Sequence record: PQ511146.1
Strand: one strand, 5' to 3'
Source of the DNA: Escherichia phage NHEP1
DNA length: 64,000 nt
Shown here: piece by piece, positions 27,152 through 36,220 of the stretch
How positions within the stretch are numbered: the stretch's first letter is position 1
How the letters are laid out: the number at the start of each line of letters is the position of its first letter
Position numbers and translations under genes: made by a program
Notes under the pieces: model-generated
The model's input: the letters and a program-made list of their open reading frames with translations, nothing else
Told to the model about the DNA's origin: nothing
The model's database searches: none

Positions 27152-27532
27152 CTAGAATGCAGTTCGAATCCAAACAAGGTTTTTATCTGCCCAATCATAA
27201 AGGCAAGTCATTGCACTGTTGAATTGCTCGCATGGTGGATAATCCTCTTCCATTCGGCGCATACCAGAACCTTGAGGGAAAAGACTCATTGCTGCAAACC
27301 ACGAATCGTAGTCATCCACAGTGTCGAAGTAGTATACAACATCCTCCAATTCAGGGTCGAATTTTAAATTATCAGGATCCAGCAGCTCAGGAAACTTGGC
27401 ACGTAACTTGCCAGCTACGATACTTGCCAGCTCGCTAACATGCTTGTTGTCCCAATCTACCAGTTTCCCGTCTTCATCGATGCGTCCTAGCCACTGTTCA
27501 TGGAGATCAACTGTTGTCTTCCACTGTGCCAT
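27152..27532 (-). CDS. hypothetical acidic protein (126 aa)
   Basis: ATG start; operon context. Confidence 0.6.
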   Translation of the reverse strand: MAQWKTTVDLHEQWLGRIDEDGKLVDWDNKHVSELASIVAGKLRAKFPELLDPDNLKFDPELEDVVYYFDTVDDYDSWFAAMSLFPQGSGMRRMEEDYPPCEQFNSAMTCLYDWADKNLVWIRTAF

Positions 27533-27534
27533 TA

Positions 27535-27792
27535 TCAGTCTACCTCTTCTTCCCGTTGCAGCTCAAGATACCCATAGGTCTGGATATCTTCAAGGGTGTG
27601 AAACTCCCCGTCAGCAGCCAAGGCGCGAACAACTTGGCGCAAAACTTTATGAGGGACTTCATCCAGCCCTAGATTCAGTGCAGGAAACACCTTATCTAAG
27701 TCAACAAAATAAACGAACTGTAGTTCACCAGCTTCAAAAGGTGTATCTTCAATAAACATCTTCTCGGCATTGGTCAAGATCTGCACTTTCAT
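27535..27792 (-). CDS. hypothetical protein (85 aa)
   Basis: tightly packed, 1-nt overlap. Confidence 0.55.
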   Translation of the reverse strand: MKVQILTNAEKMFIEDTPFEAGELQFVYFVDLDKVFPALNLGLDEVPHKVLRQVVRALAADGEFHTLEDIQTYGYLELQREEEVD

Positions 27793-28148
27793 TATTCTAC
27801 CCCCTCTTCTTTTTCTTCAGCATTAGTTTCAGTGCTACCCCACTCTGGAGTTTCCACCTCGATAGTAAACTCACGCACTACACGGTAATTGCCCATGAAG
27901 CGCTCCACTTCTTCAAGGCTTATGGAGAGGCCATTGGCAACCAAGTCTGCAGCACCCTTCTCTACCAGGTAGTCCAGATTGGCTTCCAAGGCTTCAGGCT
28001 CAAACCCTGTCAATGCAATCATATAACCTTCCCCTTCATCAGGGAGGGCAATACAGCCCAACTGATTTTCTTTAAAAAAGCAGTGACCATCATTATTGAT
28101 TGGGTGCTCATTGCAGTAAATAGCTGCACGATAAGTAACTTTAGACAT
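27792..28148 (-). CDS. hypothetical protein (118 aa)
   Basis: operon context. Confidence 0.55.
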   Translation of the reverse strand: MSKVTYRAAIYCNEHPINNDGHCFFKENQLGCIALPDEGEGYMIALTGFEPEALEANLDYLVEKGAADLVANGLSISLEEVERFMGNYRVVREFTIEVETPEWGSTETNAEEKEEGVE

Positions 28149-28160
28149 TGATAGGCCTCC

Positions 28161-28439
28161 TTAGGCAACTGTCATTTTACATTCTTTGAATTTTAGCACA
28201 AGACGGTGATTGTGTCTAGTGTCTAAAAAGATTTTTTCAACCATCAGGCACACGGTGTAACCGTCCATCTTATTGACAACAAAATCTCCAGGGTAAGGGA
28301 GAATGTCACCTGGACTGGGGAAACATAGCCCACTCAAGAAGGCATCGTCGGTGGTGGATTTAATGGATTTCCACACACTGTCTGCCTGAATATTTTCACC
28401 CACATAATATACACTACCACATGCCTTCATCATAGTCAA
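28161..28439 (-). CDS. hypothetical protein (92 aa)
   Basis: ATGA overlap with upstream gene. Confidence 0.55.
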   Translation of the reverse strand: MTMMKACGSVYYVGENIQADSVWKSIKSTTDDAFLSGLCFPSPGDILPYPGDFVVNKMDGYTVCLMVEKIFLDTRHNHRLVLKFKECKMTVA

Positions 28440-29335
28440 ATCTCCGCGTAAATTAAACTGGAATCAGTATACTTCTTTAGTGGGTAAATATCCTGTCCAT
28501 AGATGCCGTCATTAAACACCTCATCTACCCAAAGGCTACACTTATATCCCATCATCTCTAAAACACCCATCTCTTCTTCGGTAAACTTATCACCGCTCTT
28601 GCAAGATGTCAATACCTCATTCTGTACTCTTGCCACCTCGAAGCGGTTATTGGCAATATCGCTATTAGCGATCAAATACTCACCCAAAGGGTGTGCGGCA
28701 TTAAAGATGCACAGTGGACGGTTGACGTAATAGTCTCCAGGTGTATAAAAATTATTGAGGTCTTTCACTAGAACATTCTTATCAGTCACTTCATTCATAA
28801 CATCATGCATATCGCACATCTTTATATGTTTGAGGATTCCATCCCCCATCACAAAATAAAAACTTGCTGAAACACTTTCGGCATAGATCTTACTAGATCC
28901 GTTGTAGTTGTATTTTACTCGGATGCTAACGGGGGTTTTTCCTGTCGCGTTAGCCATCATCCAAAGAAATGGCAGCTCATACTTCTCCTCTGAGGAAACA
29001 AAAGGTGAAGTTGCCAGAGATCGGAAACCTCCAGAGAAGTTGAAAGTTACAGAACCGCTCCGGCGGTATGATACTGCGTATTCCACTTTTATATCAACAT
29101 ATCCGTTGGAGTAAGTATGCCCTCCATTATCAAGGTATGTCCACTTATCGGACCCAGATACCAACCTCCGCTCAATTACCTTCATCACTACAGGGATTAG
29201 CGGATTAGTACAAACCGATTTTGAAGTAGCTTTATCATCCAAAGCCTCGTAAATTGCAGAAAGGATATCACCTGCTGAGAGATTGGTTGTGATATCTTGT
29301 TTCCACCTGGTGCTAAAACTGTTAAGATTTGCCAT
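28436..29335 (-). CDS. hypothetical protein (299 aa), first gene of the long minus-strand operon
   Basis: ATG with AGGAGC SD directly downstream of promoter 29376..29404. Confidence 0.65.
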   Translation of the reverse strand: MANLNSFSTRWKQDITTNLSAGDILSAIYEALDDKATSKSVCTNPLIPVVMKVIERRLVSGSDKWTYLDNGGHTYSNGYVDIKVEYAVSYRRSGSVTFNFSGGFRSLATSPFVSSEEKYELPFLWMMANATGKTPVSIRVKYNYNGSSKIYAESVSASFYFVMGDGILKHIKMCDMHDVMNEVTDKNVLVKDLNNFYTPGDYYVNRPLCIFNAAHPLGEYLIANSDIANNRFEVARVQNEVLTSCKSGDKFTEEEMGVLEMMGYKCSLWVDEVFNDGIYGQDIYPLKKYTDSSLIYAEI

Positions 29336-29375
29336 GAGTAAGTGCTCCTATGTTAGTTTTCTTTTGAATGGGTGC

Positions 29376-29404
29376 ACTATATCGTGGATTTAGAGTAAAG
29401 TCAA
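29376..29404 (-). promoter_or_regulatory. sigma70-like promoter (TTGACT-17-TATAGT), divergent partner
   Basis: hexamers seen in the intergenic strand-switch region. Confidence 0.55.
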
Positions 29405-29417
29405 CACGTTTTTCAGG

Positions 29418-29446
29418 TTGACATCTTCTCAGGCACTTGGTAAGAT
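29418..29446 (+). promoter_or_regulatory. sigma70-like promoter (TTGACA-17-TAAGAT), divergent partner
   Basis: the track TTG 'start' at 29418 is the -35 hexamer; real ATG is at 29478. Confidence 0.55.
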
Positions 29447-29477
29447 TTCTCCACCCACAGAGAACAAGAGACAACTC

Positions 29478-30467
29478 ATGAATCTTGAAAAATATTATAC
29501 ACCAGAAGAGTTAGAGCGCTTGCTCAAAAAATACAGACGCAAACAGAATAACGCACGGAAACGGGATATAGAGTTCAACCTGTCATGGGAAGAATATCTC
29601 CTATTTGGTAAAAAACTTTTAGGAGAGGGAGTATGCGACTATACCCTTATACCTTTCGACATGCACACAGATGAAAACGGACTGGGAAATCCTTTCTACC
29701 CATCTCTGGAGCGGATAGATGATGAAGGTCCTTATGCGGTTGACAATTGTTGTGTGGTGGGATTGAGATGCAACTCCCTAAAGGACTGCCTGGTAGATAA
29801 AAAGACCGCAGTCTTGATTAAAGACAAAACTGATCGAAAAATTGTCCAGCAGATGATGCTCCACCTGAGCGAAGAGCGTATGGAGAAATTGAAAGGTGAT
29901 TACACTTTTGAAGATTTCATCTTGCAATATGGAACGGAAGAGGATAAACTAGCACTCTTTGACGAAGAATGGGAGGAAGATATGTCACCGATGCAGGATT
30001 TTAAAAACTTCATGGCTAATCGTGGAGCCAACAAGCACATTTCTGACATTGTAAACGAGCCTGTAGTAGAGGAGATTGGAGAGATGACGCAACAGGCTTA
30101 CGAAGAGGAAAAAGAGCCTCAAGTGGTCGAAGAAGAGCTTACAGAAGAGGTTCCTGCACTGCCTGACGATGTTGAGATTGCCAAAGCTTACACTTTCTAT
30201 TGCCAGACGTTCTACGATGCAGGTATGAAAGTTGATCTGTCATTCAGCCAGTTTAAGAGCACATACATTCGAAAATGTTGTGCTTTAACTGGTGAACGTC
30301 TCGGTGCCGGACTTAAACCCCTATTAGTTACCGACTGGAACAAAGGTTTCACCAAAGGTAACTTCATGGTAGTATCTCCAATCATGGAGAAGGCTATGAC
30401 AGACCTTATGAAGACCACTCGCATGACAATGACCGAGTTGGCTGGTATTTTCAAGCACGTTAAATAA
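29478..30467 (+). CDS. hypothetical protein, possible HNH-like nuclease (330 aa)
   Basis: ATG 8 nt after AAGAG; F.LSWEEY...C.YT and SLERIDDEG...DNCCVVGLRCNSLK resemble HNH_3 / endonuclease VII-type motifs, with R in place of the catalytic H. Confidence 0.55.
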   Translation: MNLEKYYTPEELERLLKKYRRKQNNARKRDIEFNLSWEEYLLFGKKLLGEGVCDYTLIPFDMHTDENGLGNPFYPSLERIDDEGPYAVDNCCVVGLRCNSLKDCLVDKKTAVLIKDKTDRKIVQQMMLHLSEERMEKLKGDYTFEDFILQYGTEEDKLALFDEEWEEDMSPMQDFKNFMANRGANKHISDIVNEPVVEEIGEMTQQAYEEEKEPQVVEEELTEEVPALPDDVEIAKAYTFYCQTFYDAGMKVDLSFSQFKSTYIRKCCALTGERLGAGLKPLLVTDWNKGFTKGNFMVVSPIMEKAMTDLMKTTRMTMTELAGIFKHVK

Positions 30468-30471
30468 TGAC

Positions 30472-30488
30472 AGGGGCCATTGGCCCCT
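30472..30488 (+). promoter_or_regulatory. intergenic hairpin GGGGCC-ATT-GGCCCC (possible attenuator)
   Basis: near-copy of the bidirectional terminator stem at 36187 but without a clean U-run. Confidence 0.3.
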
Positions 30489-30500
30489 TCTGGAGTTTTA

Positions 30501-31961
30501 ATGGATAGCAGAAGTTCAGAAATCATTACCGCACAAAAAGATGATGCCTTGCGAATGCTGCAGGCCGCTCGCATGTACCTTCTTGAAAAGCTGCCGTTTT
30601 ATGGCACACTGTTGTCAGGGTTGCAGTTCGTAGAAAACCACACATGGTGCTCCACTATGGCAACAGACCATAAACGCATCTACTACAGCCCTGAGTTCAT
30701 TATGGGGTTGGCAGATGAGCGTAAAACCATTCTTAAAGCATCTCTGACTGACAAGCAGTTTGAGATGGCTGAAGTTTTCTATTCCCCAAAATCTGTGAAA
30801 GAGGTGGCCTTTCTTCTGTCACATGAGGTGGGGCATATTATCTGTGATCATCTGGTCCGTGGTAAAAGCTTTGAGCCGGAACTGTTCAATATTGCTTGTG
30901 ATCACGTTATCAACACAGGTCTTGTGGTTGACTTTAGCAAGCCTCCTTGTGTTTTCTTCCCGAAGGGGAAAAGCACTGAGTTCGTAAAAGGTAAGCCTTT
31001 TGGCTTCTTAGCTAATTGCTACTGCGACATGAAGTTTCATGGATGGATTGCGGAGAACGTCTATGCAGTTCTTGATAAACAAAGAGATCAGAATGGCGGT
31101 AAAAGTAAGAACGGTAAAGGTGAGAACTCCCAAGGAGATAAACGACAAACCGATGATCACATGAGCGGGAACGGTGGCACTAGTGATGATCTTGGAAAGG
31201 CTATGGGGTATGATCAGCCGCAACCAGTAATCAGTCAATCGGATAAAGATCAGGCCATGCAGGACTCTGGTGACATGTTGGAAGCAGCAATGCAAGCTTC
31301 AGGAGGTCGTTGCCCCGAGGCGGTGCGCGAGTTTGTCAAAAACAGAGGCAAGCCTGTAATCAATTATATAGATATTATTAAGCAACGTATGTTATCTAAA
31401 AGAAAGGCTGAGTTAACCTACAGAAAACCTGGTCGCCGATCTGGGTCTTTGACCACCACAATGCGAAAAGTTGGAGCTATAAACAAGAATCAACACGTTA
31501 TTGTTCCTGGTCGTAATCCGGAAAACACTATAGATATTGTAGTGGCTTTAGACGTTTCTGGGTCGATCTCACAAAGAACTTTAAAGAAAATGTTCAATGA
31601 GATCACCGGGTTGTGCAATTTGTATAAAGAGTTTAAGGTTACGATGTTCTGTTGGTCAACCGAGGTTGGAGAGGTTAAAGTATACACTCGCGGTAACATC
31701 GATGAGATGATCAACTATGAGGTCCACTCAACATGGGGCACAACAGCCGCCTGCGTGTTCGAGTATCTTGATGCTAACATACCGAATGCAAAAGATGTCA
31801 TCGTCCTTACCGACCTCTACTTTGAGCATAACTTTGAACAAAAGGCTGTTGACAACAAGTGGAAAAAGTACGATACTTTATGGGTTCTCACCGAAGGGTA
31901 TAATAAAAATTATATCCCGAGCTTTGGGAAAACTGTGGAATTAATCGAGTACGCTAAGTAA
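30501..31961 (+). CDS. DUF2201-type putative metallopeptidase + VWA domain protein
   Basis: N-terminal TMATDHKRIYYSPEF, HEVGHIICDH (HExxH) and NIACDHVIN; C-terminal VWA with MIDAS-like DVSGS; ATG after GGAG (track TTG at 30480). Confidence 0.8.
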   Translation: MDSRSSEIITAQKDDALRMLQAARMYLLEKLPFYGTLLSGLQFVENHTWCSTMATDHKRIYYSPEFIMGLADERKTILKASLTDKQFEMAEVFYSPKSVKEVAFLLSHEVGHIICDHLVRGKSFEPELFNIACDHVINTGLVVDFSKPPCVFFPKGKSTEFVKGKPFGFLANCYCDMKFHGWIAENVYAVLDKQRDQNGGKSKNGKGENSQGDKRQTDDHMSGNGGTSDDLGKAMGYDQPQPVISQSDKDQAMQDSGDMLEAAMQASGGRCPEAVREFVKNRGKPVINYIDIIKQRMLSKRKAELTYRKPGRRSGSLTTTMRKVGAINKNQHVIVPGRNPENTIDIVVALDVSGSISQRTLKKMFNEITGLCNLYKEFKVTMFCWSTEVGEVKVYTRGNIDEMINYEVHSTWGTTAACVFEYLDANIPNAKDVIVLTDLYFEHNFEQKAVDNKWKKYDTLWVLTEGYNKNYIPSFGKTVELIEYAK

Positions 31962-31976
31962 GAGAGGATGGTATTT

Positions 31977-32234
31977 ATGGCAACAGAGGTAGTAATTAAA
32001 GCTGAACGCCCAGTTAAAAAAGCTATCAACACGTTCCCTGTAGGAACCATTGTGAGCATGATTACAGAGTCAGGCCGTGTATCTACACTGCTAATCGTGA
32101 AATCTGCATGCTCATCTTGTGTGTGGGCATACGATCTTGACGAGAAAGAACTGAAAGATTTTGTCGGGGAGCTGAAAGCAACAGAGCTTGACGCTCGTAT
32201 CGAAGTATTTGGTGAAACTATGAAGGAAGAGTAA
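31977..32234 (+). CDS. hypothetical protein (85 aa)
   Basis: second ATG, 9 nt after GAGAGG; first ATG at 31968 abuts the SD. Confidence 0.5.
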   Translation: MATEVVIKAERPVKKAINTFPVGTIVSMITESGRVSTLLIVKSACSSCVWAYDLDEKELKDFVGELKATELDARIEVFGETMKEE

Positions 32235-32497
32235 TGACTACAAAAATCACTATTGCAGAACCGAAAGCTAACACGCAACCTATCGAAAAGTTTAAATGCG
32301 GCGAGGTGGTAACATTTACACCAGATAATGAAGATGCTAAGATTTTTGCCATGGTAACAGCCGAGTGGATGTGTGACAATACCACACAGGTGCTGCGTTT
32401 TGACACCTATCTTACAGATGAAATCAGGAACGACAAGATCGTGACTGGTGTGGATACTGAGATCATTTTCTACAAGAGCTTTTTAGAGGGTTTCTGA
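32234..32497 (+). CDS. hypothetical protein (87 aa)
   Basis: TAATG overlap with upstream gene. Confidence 0.55.
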   Translation: MTTKITIAEPKANTQPIEKFKCGEVVTFTPDNEDAKIFAMVTAEWMCDNTTQVLRFDTYLTDEIRNDKIVTGVDTEIIFYKSFLEGF

Positions 32498-32498
32498 T

Positions 32499-32732
32499 AT
32501 GGCAAAAATTCGTAAATTATCCAGCAATCAGGTTGTGAAAGACTTTGAATCTGGAGAGATTCTGTATGTTCGTGATGCAGATGATGAAGGTGAAGATCTT
32601 GTTATGCTGGTAGGGCACGCTGAAGACGGATGCATCCAGGCTGTTTTTCTTGAAACAGCTGTGGTACACTGGATAGAGCTGGACCTGAAAGCACGAAAAC
32701 CTAAAGCAGAAATCATTATTTACGAAGATTGA
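32499..32732 (+). CDS. hypothetical protein (77 aa)
   Basis: ATG 8 nt after GAGGG. Confidence 0.55.
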   Translation: MAKIRKLSSNQVVKDFESGEILYVRDADDEGEDLVMLVGHAEDGCIQAVFLETAVVHWIELDLKARKPKAEIIIYED

Positions 32733-32748
32733 CAAAAAGGAGAGAGCC

Positions 32749-33198
32749 GTGTTGAGCAAACGTGAATGCGACAGCATTAGTCTGAATTCCTATAAGAAAC
32801 AATGGTTTGGGGTAGAAGTTTGCCGACTGCGGCTAGGCTCCTACTTGAACTTCGTCTATTATGAGAGTGACAGCCGTATCGTCTCTTATGAAGTGTTCTA
32901 CACTAAGAATACATTCGAGCTGAGACGTAAGGTGGATGGCGGGAGATCTACCGCCCAGAATAATTGGGAAACTATTCTACCTCCAGATGTTATAGGAAGC
33001 CCCCTGAATGTATCTGAAGATGAAAATCTTATGGTTCATGCTATGATGGGACTTGACAGCTTAGAGCTGGCGATCTATGATATGTCTATCGAAGCAGTTA
33101 AGCTGGACTACATCGAAAACACTTTAGAGGAAGGTATCAAGAAGTTTCTCGGTGAGAAATTGAAAGCCCACTTTCATAAGGAGCTATATCTGTTATGA
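32749..33198 (+). CDS. hypothetical protein (149 aa)
   Basis: GTG after AAAGGAGAGAG. Confidence 0.55.
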   Translation: MLSKRECDSISLNSYKKQWFGVEVCRLRLGSYLNFVYYESDSRIVSYEVFYTKNTFELRRKVDGGRSTAQNNWETILPPDVIGSPLNVSEDENLMVHAMMGLDSLELAIYDMSIEAVKLDYIENTLEEGIKKFLGEKLKAHFHKELYLL

Positions 33199-33440
33199 AG
33201 ACCCGTAAAGAACGTAACAAGATTTTACCTGGCGCTCTCGAACACATGATGAAGTGCAGATCTATCTGGCACTCTGCCAAGGAGGGGCAGCATGTGGTCG
33301 TGGTTAGTGATAATGCCAACCCATTCGGTGATTATGTCACCATGATGACTCCATACATCCGCGACGGTGTTGTGGAAGTGGTTCCTTATAACGGTCTGCA
33401 TGAGAGGCATTTTGAGAGCACTTTGCTAGTGGAGCTATAA
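33195..33440 (+). CDS. hypothetical protein (81 aa)
   Basis: ATGA overlap with upstream gene. Confidence 0.5.
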   Translation: MKTRKERNKILPGALEHMMKCRSIWHSAKEGQHVVVVSDNANPFGDYVTMMTPYIRDGVVEVVPYNGLHERHFESTLLVEL

Positions 33441-33442
33441 TC

Positions 33443-34009
33443 ATGGCGGTCAATGTGGCTTACAACACAGGAAAGCTTGACAGAGACATTGGGTGTCTTG
33501 TCCTTTCAGATACAGAGGAGTATTGGGGTTATGGGTTGCTGTCAGACCCACACCCGAGCAACCTTGTATCAACAGTGCTATATCGCTACGACCCTGTACC
33601 AACGGTACACGACAAAGACATTCACGACCTTCGGATCAAGTGTCTGGAAGATCTTCTGAACAATGGCTGCAACGATCTGCGGGTAGCCAAGGAGAAGCTT
33701 ACAAACATTCACAAAGAGGAAGTGATGAGCACCCTCAGTAAGAGATCAGTGCACAAAAAGATGATGCTGAACTTTGCAATGGGTATCTACATGGATGGGT
33801 ATAAGGGAGGGGATCCGATCCTCAAGCTTCGCTGCCCAACACTGTGGGAAAGAGTGGTTGACAGTAAGGACGGTACTGCCCTGCTAGAACTCCACACTGC
33901 AGGTTGGATTTGGCGGTATGTAGACGGATACCCTCTGTGGGCATGTGGGCCCGGTGAGTTTGTTGACAGACCTAGCGCGGTAGTGGATTTGCTATTGCAG
34001 TTTGAATAA
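33443..34009 (+). CDS. hypothetical protein (188 aa)
   Basis: ATG 8 nt after GGAG. Confidence 0.55.
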   Translation: MAVNVAYNTGKLDRDIGCLVLSDTEEYWGYGLLSDPHPSNLVSTVLYRYDPVPTVHDKDIHDLRIKCLEDLLNNGCNDLRVAKEKLTNIHKEEVMSTLSKRSVHKKMMLNFAMGIYMDGYKGGDPILKLRCPTLWERVVDSKDGTALLELHTAGWIWRYVDGYPLWACGPGEFVDRPSAVVDLLLQFE

Positions 34010-34065
34010 AAGGTGAGTTATAAAGCATTCATACACCTATCAACAATACAACAAGAGAGACTGAG

Positions 34066-34341
34066 ATGACGAAAGAAGAAGCTGACGTATTAGACTTTGC
34101 ACTAGAGGCTACGCAAGAGGCTCTAGTGTTAGCTTGGAAAATGAACCAACGTGCTGCAGAATGCAACCGCCGAATCAATGAGATCCTGGGTATGTCTATG
34201 TATGATTTCACCATGCATGCTGGAGAGATTCCTGAATTAACTGCTGAGATGAATGATCTTGACAATAAAATTAATATCATTCTGAAGACAGCAGAAACAA
34301 CTCACCAAACCGCCCGTAAATTTATCAACGAGAAGGTGTGA
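34066..34341 (+). CDS. hypothetical protein (91 aa)
   Basis: ATG after AAGAGAGA. Confidence 0.5.
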   Translation: MTKEEADVLDFALEATQEALVLAWKMNQRAAECNRRINEILGMSMYDFTMHAGEIPELTAEMNDLDNKINIILKTAETTHQTARKFINEKV

Positions 34342-34343
34342 AT

Positions 34344-34817
34344 ATGGACTACAGCTACTGCGGAGAAGAAGTACCTTTTAACTACAGCAATCTCGCCACG
34401 AGTAATCCATATGAGACTCGTCACGGCACACACATCATTGCTATTGACTTTGATGGAACGTTTAATGCGAGCCCTTTCATCTTCTCCCGCCTTATTAAGG
34501 ACCTGAAGAAGGAAGGGTGGACAGTCTATCTTGTGACTTTCCGATTCATCACTCAAGACAACGTGGACATCGAATACTGGCGCAAGGAGTTAGATGTTGG
34601 AGTGTTTTATACTGGAGGCGTTCAGAAGGCCGCTTATCTGGCGCAGTTTGATATCTACCCAGACATCTGGGTTGATGATTCTCCAGCTTGCATTCCGGCT
34701 AAGAATCAGTTAGAGTTTGCAATGAAGGAGATTGAGTATAAGTCTGACGCTAAGCGTAACGGATGGCCCTTTATTATTGAAGATTACCCAGATCCTGAAC
34801 CGGAGAAAGAACCATGA
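34344..34817 (+). CDS. HAD-superfamily phosphatase (putative nucleotidase)
   Basis: motif I IAIDFDGT, motif II LVTFR, motif IV IWVDDSP; ATG 7 nt after GAGAAGG. Confidence 0.55.
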   Translation: MDYSYCGEEVPFNYSNLATSNPYETRHGTHIIAIDFDGTFNASPFIFSRLIKDLKKEGWTVYLVTFRFITQDNVDIEYWRKELDVGVFYTGGVQKAAYLAQFDIYPDIWVDDSPACIPAKNQLEFAMKEIEYKSDAKRNGWPFIIEDYPDPEPEKEP

Positions 34818-34984
34818 AACGAAGATACCATTACGTGATGTGGAAGTTATATCATGGTGCTGCTAAGGCTTATCGAGCCGTGTTTGGTAATGACAATCAC
34901 TGCATTATGTTACACCTTACATCCATTGAGCATCACAATGAGTGGATTCGTGCAATCGTAATAGGTGACAAAGACTTTAAGTAA
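34814..34984 (+). CDS. small hypothetical protein (56 aa, not in ORF track)
   Basis: ATGA overlap with upstream stop suggests translational coupling; below the track length cutoff. Confidence 0.35.
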   Translation: MKRRYHYVMWKLYHGAAKAYRAVFGNDNHCIMLHLTSIEHHNEWIRAIVIGDKDFK

Positions 34985-35014
34985 AGTATGGCTTTCGAGA
35001 TGGAGACTGACTAA

Positions 35015-35398
35015 ATGTGCAAGTGTAAATCTTATAATTGGAAAGTGAAAGGTGCCAAGCATCCAAATGTTATCGTTGATGTGCCTAAAAAGCTCCGTGA
35101 CGGCAAAAAACGTGTGTGCCTTGATAAGTGCATGGCTAAACCTATCATGAGCCTATGGGCGGCAGGATTGAAGACCTTAAACTGCTGCTGTGGTCATAAC
35201 AAACGCCCACCAAGCATTATCATACCGGAGAATGCAGATCCTAAAGCATATGCCAAGATACTGACCCGCTACTACAGCACCTTCTTGATTGGAAAATGGT
35301 GCCACGATGAACTCCAGTGGTGGATAGCGTATGGCGGTCTTGGTGCTGCTTTAGGTTTCCCAGCTTTATCAGATAAATCTGTCAAGGTATCGTCGTAA
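35015..35398 (+). CDS. Cys-rich hypothetical protein (127 aa)
   Basis: ATG 8 nt after GGAGA; CxCx...CLDKC...CCCGH. Confidence 0.5.
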   Translation: MCKCKSYNWKVKGAKHPNVIVDVPKKLRDGKKRVCLDKCMAKPIMSLWAAGLKTLNCCCGHNKRPPSIIIPENADPKAYAKILTRYYSTFLIGKWCHDELQWWIAYGGLGAALGFPALSDKSVKVSS

Positions 35399-35502
35399 CC
35401 TATTTTAAGGCCTCAAACGAGGCCTATGCCTTCATAAACTACCTGCCTCTGTGTGATTACCCTTCTAAATAAAATACCCTCTCAAATTGCTTAAAATTAA
35501 GC

Positions 35503-35531
35503 TTGACATCAACACCAGATTTATATATGAT
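35503..35531 (+). promoter_or_regulatory. sigma70-like promoter (TTGACA-17-TATGAT)
   Basis: intergenic; consensus -35, 5/6 -10; the track TTG start at 35487 lies upstream of it. Confidence 0.55.
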
Positions 35532-35561
35532 TATCTCATCAACCAAGCAGAGGAGATTGTC

Positions 35562-35969
35562 ATGGATAATCTTGCGAGTGTGAACGTCGAAATTGTTAAA
35601 CTAAAGTTCTTGGGCTTTCGAGACCCTAATTCTCTAACAGCTATACTGATGGATACCCACTTCACACCTGGGAAAGAGTACACTGCCTTCCGTTATATTT
35701 GTGGAGATCACGAATCGGCCTATAGTGTGAATACAAACCTCGGCGAGGGATATTTCATCAAAGATATCACAGATCACTTGTGGGGTATGTGGGAATTGGT
35801 GGAAGAAGAGAATAAATCCCTTCCCAAAGAGATTTGGGTGCACACCTTCCACACAGGTAAGTTCGGAGGTACGGAACATAAGTCTATCCACTATGAAGAA
35901 GAAAGTGCCATCAAACAACAAGCTGTGCTTGGTGGATCTGTAGAAAAATTTGTTAAATGCGAGGACTGA
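35562..35969 (+). CDS. hypothetical protein (135 aa)
   Basis: ATG 5 nt after AGGAGA. Confidence 0.55.
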   Translation: MDNLASVNVEIVKLKFLGFRDPNSLTAILMDTHFTPGKEYTAFRYICGDHESAYSVNTNLGEGYFIKDITDHLWGMWELVEEENKSLPKEIWVHTFHTGKFGGTEHKSIHYEEESAIKQQAVLGGSVEKFVKCED

Positions 35970-35972
35970 GAA

Positions 35973-36173
35973 ATGGCTGATTTTTGTAAAGATTGCTCTG
36001 AAGAGTTGTTTGGCTTTGACTGCAAAGATTTGGAAGGTCTGATCACTGAGGATCAGTGGAAGGAAGGCTATGCAGCACCTGTTATTTGTGAAGGTTGTGG
36101 CTATACCTATGTTGACCATAAAGGTAAGCGCGTCAAGCCGTCTGAAGATGGGGCATGTTGGGAGTATTACTAA
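35973..36173 (+). CDS. zinc-ribbon protein (66 aa)
   Basis: ATG 7 nt after GAGGA; CKDC...CEGC. Confidence 0.5.
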   Translation: MADFCKDCSEELFGFDCKDLEGLITEDQWKEGYAAPVICEGCGYTYVDHKGKRVKPSEDGACWEYY

Positions 36174-36176
36174 CTA

Positions 36177-36210
36177 TAAAAAGAAAGGGGCCATTTGGCC
36201 CCTTTTTTAT
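36177..36210. terminator. bidirectional rho-independent terminator (GGGGCC-AUUU-GGCCCC flanked by A-run and U-run)
   Basis: lies between the convergent plus module (ends 36173) and minus structural operon (ends 36221). Confidence 0.7.
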
Positions 36211-36220
36211 CTACTACTTG

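Noticed and set aside
27150-27175. tRNA-like T-loop sequence AGTTCGAATCC
   Set aside because: No acceptor stem or cloverleaf can be drawn and it lies inside a CDS; no tRNA genes were recognised anywhere in the window.
29418-29477. Track N-terminal extensions beginning at TTG (29418, 9002, 22765, 55994, 56548, 7753, 30480, 35487)
   Set aside because: In each case the TTG is part of a TTGACA -35 box or an SD sequence and an SD-preceded ATG/GTG lies downstream; starts were refined accordingly.
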